Shown: in pieces, positions 12,699 to 22,856 of the stretch
How positions within the stretch are numbered: position 1 is the stretch's first letter
Layout of the letters: each line of letters opens with the position of its first letter
NCBI GenBank assembly: GCA_051362555.1
Contig: CM120641.1
Coordinates: 11,532,001 to 11,596,000 of the forward strand
Origin: Lingula anatina
Lineage: Eukaryota > Animalia > Brachiopoda
Direction of reading: 5' to 3'
Length of the DNA: 64,000 nt
The notes under the pieces: generated by a model
What the model was told of the DNA's origin: nothing
The model's database searches: none
What the model saw: the letters and a program-made list of their open reading frames with translations, nothing else
Program-made: the position numbers and the translations under genes

Positions 12699-15600
12699 CT
12701 ATTCTACAAGTGTATTGTCTTCCCCAGTTCCTGGAAGAAAAGAAAAATAAATGAGAAATACACTTTATTTAACAATGCATATTATATTCCCCTAGCAATA
12801 CTTAGTTAAAACCCATGTATTTAAGTGGCACCATCTCAGATTTTCTCAAAATGTCCAAGGATACAGTTGTTGCCTGCCAGATATGTTAGTATATCATAGA
12901 GGTAATGAGGATGTGAAAAACACTGACAAACAAACTTAATTTTATAATGGGCACTATATATCTTTTAAGCAAATGGCAGCCATCTTGGTTTTTCTAAAAA
13001 TGCCTAAGGATACATGCATTTTACCTACATATTATGGGAAATGGTCATTACTTAAAGAGGAAAGATATTAACTGCTTTACTTTGACTTAGGATAATTTTT
13101 TTATACGTCTGCCAAAACAAAGCAACTAGCAGTCTAAAACAAACTTAACCCTTTTCTCACTTTGTATGATACAAGTTCGTTTTTCTCATTTAACAGAAAA
13201 TTAATTTTCAAAACTCAAGTCCTACAGAGGACTAAGGTACGTAGTTAATGTTTATCAGGGTTCAGAGGGAACTGTCTACTCACCAGTTTCCTTAAATGAG
13301 GAGGACAATGACAATGCAAAGTCAATCAAGGAGGATGTCATTTTGTGCTCTGATATTCCATACCTGACATATAAAGTACAACTAATAAAGGCACACATTT
13401 TATACAATCATACTTCAAATTTCATTTTACTTTATCATTTTTTACATTACATGTGTAATTACCTCCGCCAAGGGGGTTATGATTTTAGTTGTTATAGAAA
13501 GTATGTTTTTGCTGCACAGCGCTGAGACAAACAAGGAGAGTGGATTTAAACAACTCAAATAAAGCTATTTGTCCTTGAATACTTTTTTCACAGTGAAAGT
13601 AACCGTAATATAAGAAGTCAATTACCAAAATACTATCCAAGCTCCATTGCTCCAACTACCTTCCGATCTTCTAAAATACCTGACAAAAGTAATTAAAAGA
13701 ACATAGTTTGAAATACAAAGTTATTAATAACCTGACTTGTTAAACTGGGCCAATACAAGTGAAAAACTACTCAAAATCAGAACTCTGGTCTCAAACAATT
13801 TACTTAAAATCAAACACCATGTAAAGTAGAATACTTATCATTAGCAAGAATTGCAAGGGCAGATTGCGGCAGTCTCCTGGGTCTGGACTGTCAGAATTCA
13901 CGTTTACATTGATGGGTATCTATTTTTTTCTGTTGGAAGACTGCCAAAAATGGAGGATGGATCAACAAAGATAATTTTGAAGACTAAGAAAATATCTCTG
14001 GATCTGCCTCTGAATTGTGGCTTTTGTTACACACTGAAAGTATTAAAATATTCAATCTTTATACTGGTCCTCATTTATATTATCTTACCATGGGTTGATC
14101 ATGTTTTTGCTACGTGATCTCCAAAACAAACTATCAAAATCTCTGCGTATACAATCCCAAAGCATTTCACTTGTCCCTTGACCCTGGTGATTTGAAAGAA
14201 GTAAATTATGTTTAAAAAAAGAAGAGCAAGGTGCAATCTTCAAACAGGATATCCGACACTGCATAGAACACTGTAGTAATTACAGGGTACACCTCTATAG
14301 AAAATATCTGAACTATTTCATAACTATGCTCCAACTGATTAAACAAGTTAGCTCTAAACTAAAAATAATAACAATAGTGAATATGAATCAAGTTGTAAAA
14401 TACATCAAGATGTAAATTATAATTAAAAAATCTGAGTAAAAATTTAATAGAAGATAAAACCTTTTCTATGTGTACATGTACCTGACTTTGTAAACTGACA
14501 GCAAACTTATCCAGGTACGGCACCTTTACCTCTGACTCATTGGTTATGACAGCCGCAGCATTATACCTGTGATAAATAAAATTTTCTTATATTACTCTTT
14601 ACATTTGAACTTTTGTATTTGTAAAAATAGCTCTTTAAAAATACATTTGAACCTAGCATGGATTCCCAGTAATGGATGTAAACTACTTCTTGTTTCTTTC
14701 ACGACTCAAATAAAGTTGACATGGGGGGAAAAAGAATTAGTCCCTCCTTGGCTATAAAAGACCTTGAAAAATTCACCTTCTTCAAATTTTCTTTAATCTA
14801 CAGACATGAGCCTAGATTAAAAAAAAAAAAAAACTCTGGACACTTATCATGGGACCCAACACCTAAGCTTGACGAATCTCAGGAACCATCAGAATTAAAA
14901 ACGTGGAATTCCACTTTTCCGCAGATAAAGATTACGTTTTTATCGAATTTACATGTTTATCTGCCACATTAAAAACAGCTAATATGAAGCAATATCCTTT
15001 GGTATTTCTCATAGTTATACTATTTGAAACTACATGGTGGTATTTTGTAGGGAAATTTTGACCTCAAGTAGCACCTTGCTAAAACTGGTAATATCATCAT
15101 TTAATACCTCTATGGAGAGGACATACCATATGACATGCTAGTTACATTTTAATACAATCAATTTAAATAAATGTCTGAAGATGACCAAACAAAACAAAGA
15201 AAATTCAAAGATTTTCTATGAGAACTCACTTCTCAGATAAATACAGAGTATTCAATCTCTTTTCAATAAAGGTGAAATAGTCTTCATTGAGATCTTTACC
15301 AAATGACCTGCAGGGAAATAAAGAGAAGCTTAGCATTATCATAAGCACAAGTATTACCAGATGATCTAATCTCAAGGCATGTCTTTATCAGTATAAAAAA
15401 ATATTATTATTTCATCAAAAGTACTATTTGTTCTAATTTTCAACACCACACAACACAGAGGATTATACAAATTTACAAATGAAGTAATGAGTGGTTCAAC
15501 CTGTTAAACAAAGCCAGTAGTCTCTCACGGTCCACTTCATCAAAACTGGTGTGCATGTGGATTGGTTCTGTGATCTTAAAAAGGGTGCCAAAACCTGGGG

Positions 15601-18600
15601 AAAATCAGAGATAAATGTAACTTCCAAATTAGAATGTAAAAAAACAAACAAACAAACAAACAAAAATAAAGAAATAATAATAATAATAATAATAAAATAA
15701 GTAGAGAGTTGCCAAACCACAAAGGCTTCATTCTTTGGAGGCATGGGTTTGTATCTCAACTCTGCAAACGTGTCACCTGTACCTAATAAAACCAGACTGA
15801 CTTGAATAACAGATTATCTGAAATTCTACACATATTTTTTGTATATAAATGAGTACCAAATCCTACTATCCATACCTTGATGTGTGAAAAGTTCTGTAAG
15901 TATTGCGCCCGCAGAGGTTATCACCACAGAACTTTGAGCTGGCAGGGAGTGCAACAAAGATGAAATTTGTTGAACCTACAACAAATTAAAGACAAGTCAT
16001 AATTTTTTTATTAATGTGTGCAATAAACATACTAAGCTAATATTTATTTTGAATATGCACAATTTGTACACCTAACATTTTATAAATCTACAATGATACC
16101 AAGGTTCTTAAAGAAATTTAATATCAAACATTGTAGCTACTTACCTTCCTTATGTCACACCAGGGTTTAGAATTACAGGTTTCTAAGTCAAGGGGGAGGT
16201 TCACATTCGGGATAACCTGGATTTTGCAACAAACACACATTATCTATCGTAATAATCACTGAACCAGAGTTTTAAATTCCTGAAGAAAAAATGACTTTCA
16301 AAGTGAGTCTGTACATTAAAGACAGCTAAAGATATCGCTGACAATTTAAATATATATTATGCATCAAATAAACCTGATTAAATATTGATGTAATGCCTTC
16401 CTACAGCACAACCAAAAACATTTAAATCTTCATTCATAATTTTGAAGGAAATATTGTGAAAAATTAAAACCTTTTTTACTTCAAAAATCTTTTATGGTCC
16501 CTCAGTGTCTGGTCAGAAGATGATGGAGTTGTTAAAAAATAATTAATAAATAATAATAATAATAACTAGAGGATCAGAGAGGCGATACCGCCTCCGAATA
16601 TTGTACCACCAGCTGGAGCAAGCGCATTCGTATAGACCCCCACATATACAAAATAAGGAACACAGCCACCAGTCTTGTGCTTGCCAAGCTGTAAAAATGC
16701 AATCAACAAGAATTTTCAAAATATGCAAAAAATATATATATAACTAAAAATGGTACAATCAAAGTTAAGTTCATTGTAAGGTAGGTCAAAGGTCAATTCC
16801 AAGGTCACAGTAAATTGCCAGTATATGACTTCCTATTCAACTTCAATAGTAACTATGGACCTATCTCTGCCAGGTTTGGAGTTAAAAGAAAAAGAAATGA
16901 GCAGAGTTCAGTTCATGATAATAAGTAGGTCAAAGGTCAATTTCAAGGTCACACTTAGATTGCCAGTATATGACTTCCTATTCACGTTCAATAGTAACTA
17001 TGGACCTATGGACCTATCTCTGCCAGTTTTGGAGATAAAGGAGAAGCAAAATATGCAAAGTTCAGTTCATGGTGAAAAGTAGGTCAAAGGTCAATTTTAA
17101 GGTAATTTTTAGATTGCCAGTATATGACTTCCTATTCAACTTCAATAGAGACTATGGACCTATCTCTGCCAGTTTTGGAGATAAAAGGGAAGCAAAATTT
17201 GCAAAGTTCAGTTCATGGTGAAAAGTAGGTCAAAGGTCAATTTTAAGGTCACATTTAGATTGCCAGTATATGACTTCATATTCAACTTCAATAGTAACTA
17301 TGGACCTATCTCTGCCAGTTTTGGAGATAAAAGGGAAGCAAAATTTGCAAAGTTCAGTTCATGGTGAAAAGTAGGTCAAAGGTCAATTTTAAGGTCACAT
17401 TTAGATTGCCAGTATATGACTTCCTATTCAACTTCAATAGTAACTATGGACCTGTCTCTGCCAGTTTTGGAGATAAAAGGGAAGCAAAATTTGCAAAGTT
17501 CAGTTCATGGTGAAAAGTAGGTCAAAGGTCAATTTTAAGGTCACTTTTAGATTGCCAGTATATGACTTCCTATTCAACTTCAATAGAGACTATGGACCTA
17601 TCTCTGCCAGTTTTGGAGATAAAGGAGAAGCAAAATATGCAAAGTTCAGTTCATGGTGAAAAGTAGGTCAAAGGTCAATTTTAAGGTCACATTTAGATTG
17701 CCAGTATATGACTTCCTATTCAAGTTCAATAGAAACTATGGACCTATCTCTGCCAGTTTTGGAGATAAAAGGGAAGCAAAATTTGCAAAGTTCAGTTCAT
17801 GGTGAAAAGTAGGTCAAAGGTCAATTTTAAGGTCACATTTAGATTGCCAGTATATGACTTCCTATTCAACTTCAATAGTAACTATGGACCTATCTCTGCC
17901 AGTTTTGGAGATATAAGGGACTAAATGTTATAATTTTGGAGTTACCATAATGTGCCATAAATTTCCTACAGAAAAAATTAATTAAAATAAAGAAAAGGTC
18001 ATTTTGGTCAAAATTCTTGAAATGGGAGGTGCTCTGAAGTTCCAGATGTTCAAATTTGATGAAATAATGTCATTTTTGACCACAAGTTGTCTGCTTTGCC
18101 AAGCCTTATGTTTTATTTTTCCGGAGTTCAAAATTTATTATCCATTACCGTACTGCACATTTTGCTTTCACCACCAATATGTACTTTTTGATACAGCGTA
18201 ACTCGAAAAGGGTATGGAATACAAAAAAACAGAGACCACCTCCAGTGTTGGGCTTTACATGCTCTACAAAATGCAAAAAAGAATGGGTGTCTAGCATTAA
18301 CGGTTCCCAAATTAGAGACAGTTTTAAGTTTCGATATCTTATGGCCGCTACTCCCGTGAAAATGCACCGATTGACCCCAAATTCACGGAGATGAAAGATG
18401 ACCCGAAGGGTAACACTTTCCATTAATATTATTAGTTAAGTTTGTGTGGTATCTGAATAAGGCCGCAAATAATTTTTTTTTCGGCAAAAATTTTGTTTTT
18501 TTGAAAATTTTGGCCTGTTTGACCTTGAAATAAAGGTCAAAGGTCAAATCCAAGGGCATATATGAAATCTACACATATGACTTTTGGAAAGCTGTCTGTA

Positions 18601-20459
18601 GAAATTTTTCCCATAATTCCTTCCGTAGGGGAGATAATTAGCATTTAATTTTGCCATTTTTGGACAAGGGTGCATTGCAATGAGTGCCACACCTAGACGC
18701 CAATACCGACAAAGCCCAAATTTAACGTGGAACGAGTTGAGATTATAGGTGACCTAAATCCAAGAGATGGGTATGGAGGCCCTTACCGTCTAGGAGGAGA
18801 AGCGGTAACGGTGACTTGGCGGCGGAGCCGCAGGAGCCGGCGGAGCCGCAGGAGCCGGCGGAACATACGGGTCGGGACTAAAACCATGTGTACCGCCAGC
18901 GCCTACGCTGGTGGTACAATAACATAATCATTCTGATCTCTCCTTGCATTCTTTACCTCTCCATTTTCATTGTAAAATCCCCCAGTGGAGTTGAGCAACA
19001 TCACTTTGAATGGTTTTAAGGCCAAGCTCAGTTGCTCAGTGGTGTGGGTCAGATCTAGAGGCACAATCTGTCCACTTTGTGTTTCCCCCACAGATAGCAA
19101 GATGGGAATGTGACCTGACTGAAAGCACCAGCTTATAGGACCTTTATCCACCTTCTGAATGGAACTGTGCATTGTACTGCAACAACAAGCAAAGTAACAG
19201 CTGTTGACAATGTTATAATGGAGGAATGCCAGTAAAGCAAACTCCAAAACTTTTAACTTTATTTTATGTTGGAGAGTAGTTTTCATTTTACAGATCTCAA
19301 AAATTACTTGATATCAAAACAACATAGTGAATGTAAATGCACATATAAACGCTCACCTAGTTTATGACAACCTAGAGTTGCCAACATGACAGTACTCAAA
19401 ATGTGTAGATCTATTGTCTACTGACTTACTGATAATGAATAAACACCTATAAACATCGGTGAACTAATACTAAGAATCTAATAAAATACTAATACTAAGA
19501 ATCTAATAAAATACCCTTCCATCTGTGCCTGCAGCACATTTGTCCCTACGAATAGAGGGCGGCTGGGTGCTCCGTGAGATTCTAAACAACTTGCAAGTAG
19601 CATGGAATTTGAGCTGAGCTGTGCTCGGTGTTTCTGTAAAAATTAACATATATTATTATGATTATGCCAATAAGACTCGGAAGGAGGTAGTGATCTAAAC
19701 ACACCCAGTAAGTCTTAATTATTTTATCTTATATTTTTGAATCCCTTTTATGTCTATACACTTTTTCCCAGGGCAAAAATACACCTGAAATTGGTCAATA
19801 ATCTTTAATGTAATGTAAAACTTATAAACATTATTTCTACACACCTGTAGTGCTTCCAGTGAACTACTCCCCAGGCTATCTGACAGACTGCTTCCATGGA
19901 CTAAGACCACTTTCATATCATTGCGATGGAGGAATGACAGTGATGAAGCCAGACTTTCTAACTGCAAAATTGAACAAAAAATTGCCTTCAAACTAACATC
20001 AATTTGGAAAATACAACATGGGCTATGACACACAGTCAAAAATTTAAAATATGTATATATAAAATACTGCAAATAACTTTCTCTGACAAATGTAAAATAA
20101 ATATAACAAGGCAATGTGTAAGTGATAGAAAAAGGACTTTACTCATGCATGTGGTTTTAATTTATAAGTAGGGTTATTCAGAAAATCTTTATGTAGCTCA
20201 CTGACAAACTGATAAACCATAAACTTCATTTTCTTTATCTGAAGTAAAATGTTTATAACCTATGGAGAAAATGTACAAGATTTACCTGTACTCTTACCCA
20301 AAAAACTACATGCAAGAGTTGATATTTACCAGTTCAGACTCAGAAAATATAGACTCCTCTATCTGGATCACAGCAAAAGGACTGTGAGGATCCGACTGTC
20401 TCTGGAATTCTTTCAGCCAGTAGCGCGCTTGCTTTGCATCTGTGCCAACCTATGTAACG

Positions 20460-20490
<31 letters not shown>

Positions 20491-21497
20491 AATTTTATCA
20501 GTTAAGTAATTCATACCTATTTATCTCTCACACATTCCATTAAAACAGCTGCCATTTGGCTATAAAACAGCTAATAATAAATATATCCTGTGCACTGGTC
20601 ATCTTTATGCAGATGCTGCTATACCCATTTTCAGAGGTCACGACCTTGACATTTGACCTCTGTTTATGGTGGTTAATAATAATTTTAGCTTTGAAATGTA
20701 ATATGCCTCTATCAAAGGATTTGAAAAATGAGAAATGAAATGAGAATGCATATTCTCAATTTGATTATCATTTCATACCTTTTCAAGAAACCTTTTCAGA
20801 TCTTGAGGAGCTCTGTTCATCATGTTCACCTGCATGGTGGCATATTTATTAGGCTGAATTATATGTGAAACATATTCTTCCTTCATTTCTCCATCTGGGC
20901 TATTGCATCTATAATAAGATCAAACAATGGATGATGATCGAAGTATTAGATCGAAGTCAACAGACAACAGTAAAAATTGGCAACATTTTGTATTACTTAT
21001 TTCAGGCTATTTGTAATTTTCCTTTAAACCGTGACAATCAACACCATGACAGGAAAATTGTGGAAAAAGTACTAGGTAGCTAATGTCATAAAATAAAACA
21101 GCTTAACTGATACAATTATAAAATTTTATTTAAGGTATTGATTTAATTAGAATGAATTAAACAGCTAATGAAGTACACTTCTGTTCTAATGTCACAATAT
21201 TTACATATAATTCTTGACATATCGGAAAGAATACCAACATCTAGTATTTTAAGTTGAGGGGTTTTATCATTTTCAATGTCTGAATTAGGAAAGATAAGTA
21301 GAGCCAAAATAAATGTCTTACTTGATACTGTAAGGTCTGACTTGTCTCAATCTATTAAGCTTATCTCTCCACAACATAGCTCTGCCTGGAGTCGGAAATA
21401 AGGCTGCCTTGTTTTCTGCAGTGTCTGAACTTATAAGCTGCAGACAGCGCATACGCCGTGCCCACACAGAGGATGTCTGATGTGTCAGGATCTTCAT
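12699..21497 (-). CDS. NAGS: N-acetylglutamate synthase, mitochondrial (vertebrate-type AAK + NAT architecture), ~15 coding exons
   Basis: Exons near 21322-21497 (Arg-rich presequence), 20779-20908, 20330-20449 ([18 protein letters not shown]), 19845-19962, 19515-19633, 18957-19176 ([17 protein letters not shown]), 16145-16216 (NVNLPLDL), 15877-15975 ([20 protein letters not shown]), 15501-15594, 15230-15307, 14482-14566 (VPYLDKFAV), 14089-14183 ([28 protein letters not shown]), 13626-13679 ([11 protein letters not shown]), 13284-13363, 12699-12730. Motifs match recalled human NAGS (YLDKF..GQGSGQMLWECLRRD..LFWRSR..INPWYF). Confidence 0.93.
13459..13490 (+). mobile_element. Short remnant resembling the 5' end of a Helentron-type non-autonomous element
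   Basis: TTACCTCCGCCAAGGGGGTTATGATTTT: a subterminal motif with a short internal inverted repeat. No matching 3' end seen. Confidence 0.35.
13854..14012. mobile_element. 159-bp MITE, copy 2 (NAGS intron)
   Basis: Homologous to 9964-10122 (shared GATGGATCAACAAAGATAATTT..AAAATATCTCTGGATC). Flanked by a 5-bp direct repeat AATTG (13849-13853, 14013-14017). Confidence 0.85.
16781..17920. repeat. Tandem array, 8 units of ~146 bp
   Basis: GTAGGTCAAAGGTCAAT recurs at 16781, 16925, 17079, 17225, 17371, 17517, 17663 and 17809 (exact 146-bp period for the last six starts). A diverged monomer fragment lies near 18521-18580. Confidence 0.97.
18818..18862. repeat. GC-rich 9/18-bp minisatellite (GGAGCCGCA/GGAGCCGGC) inside the HINE
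   Basis: GGCGGCGGAGCCGCAGGAGCCGGCGGAGCCGCAGGAGCCGGCGG read directly. Confidence 0.85.
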
Positions 21498-22059
21498 TCT
21501 GCTGTGTGAGGGTCATCTGGTAACCTCAAAACTGAAAAAAAAAAAAAATGCCTTAAAACCACGCTATACGCGTCTCAGCACTGTTTACAAATACATAAAA
21601 CCTAAAACTACAAAAATTAATTCAGAACTAATAAAAAGGAAATAAGCTATAGCCATGCAAGTAAGTTAATCATAATATTTTTTAAATAAACGGTTTTTAA
21701 AATTCTCTTTAAGTTGAAATTATAACAATTCATGTGTACCACTGCTATCCTTTCTAATTACTCATTTCTCACGGATTTAACAGGTTTATAGGGTTTCAGT
21801 TAATTTATTTTCATCCACAATTATCTCAAACCGACTCCTTATAAAATTGAGAATTACATGTGTATAGAAAATACTACTATTGTAACAACTACCCAATATA
21901 TAATATCATGCATTTAGTTAGCTTCAATATACATTTTAATCAGGGCATTCAATAGCTCAGCATATGGACCATATTTAATGAGCACATTTGGGACAAAAAT
22001 AGCCGAGATATGTAGTTCCTCTGAGCACATACTGTTTTGAGCAGATTTCTAAGATCTTC

Positions 22060-22856
22060 TAAGACTCACCTACATAAACAACGTAGTTCCGGTTTAGGGG
22101 TTAACCCTAGGCAAATAGTGGAACATTTAAATATGTTGTTGACGCAACTCGGGCAAGTAATAACGTTTGGTTTTCTGTCACGTTAGTGTACACAGAGAAT
22201 CACAATAAATTCAGCAACCTGCAGCAGCAAAGCTACGTACCAATTTGATAGCGTGTAAGAATGCATTACTCGATATCCAAGACAGTTTAATGCCATTTAA
22301 CATTTAAACTAGCCGTTCGTTAAATCATGGCACAAATCGCCAGCCCAGGGTCGCTCTCAAGTCACAGGCCACATACTGCTCTGCAGACAAATGTATTACC
22401 TAATTCAAGCACCAGGATAGTCAACGGATCGTAAATAATCACGGAACGCCATTTTTAGCCATGAGGCGTCACTTATCCTGCAGGTGGAGATGTTTAGAAA
22501 CACCAATTTATTTGCACTTACCACGCAGTTACACACAAATGAAACGTCAACATCCACCATGCTGCAGACGAACTTTCTCGAGTAATCACGGAGTACTGTT
22601 ATTAGTATATTTTTATAATTAAGATAGTTTTACTTATTTGAACTAAAAACAAAAAATACTCCGCAACGAAATATTGAAAAGGTTTCTGTTCTAAATAACA
22701 GAAATATACTAAAATTGCATGATGGGATTTATCTCATAGCAACAGCGCCATTTTTGTTTTCATGATGGCGGCTTTTACCAAACTTTCGAAGAAAATAATG
22801 CTGTTTTATGATACATGGACCATTTTTGATTAAAGTGAAATACAGGATACACCAAG
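22060..22856. promoter_or_regulatory. Bidirectional promoter region NAGS/CFAP65, with candidate non-coding NAGS first exons
   Basis: CpG-richer island. Strong minus-strand donors GTG|GTAAGT (22522/22521) and TAG|GTGAGT (22070/22069) match the NAGS acceptor near 21532. YY1-like CGCCATTT and ATGGCGGC motifs at ~22447, ~22746 and ~22765. Confidence 0.6.
22730..22743. promoter_or_regulatory. RFX X-box candidate upstream of CFAP65
   Basis: TATCTCATAGCAAC (reverse complement GTTGCTATGAGATA), ~115 bp upstream of the predicted ATG. It fits the ciliary-gene X-box pattern. Confidence 0.65.

Larger units (their letters stand above)
16564..18922 (-). mobile_element. Complete non-autonomous Helentron-type element (HINE / DINE-1-like) in a NAGS intron
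   Basis: Subterminal inverted repeats TATTGTACCACCAGC (16599-16613) and GCTGGTGGTACAATA (18907-18921). Palindrome at 18889-18918, hairpin GAGGCG-ATAC-CGCCTC (16579-16594), minus-strand 3' end CTAGTT in a T-rich target. A GC-rich minisatellite lies near the 5' end and a tandem array is central. Confidence 0.85.

Noticed and set aside
16781-17920. Regularly spaced repeats as a CRISPR-like array
   Set aside because: Whole units are near-identical with no unique spacers, there are no cas genes, and the context is a eukaryotic intron.
18004-18927. Overlapping short ORFs inside the HINE, including an RRS-repeat protamine-like ORF (18727-18927)
   Set aside because: No Rep/helicase or transposase motifs. 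The RRS run is a translation of the minisatellite.
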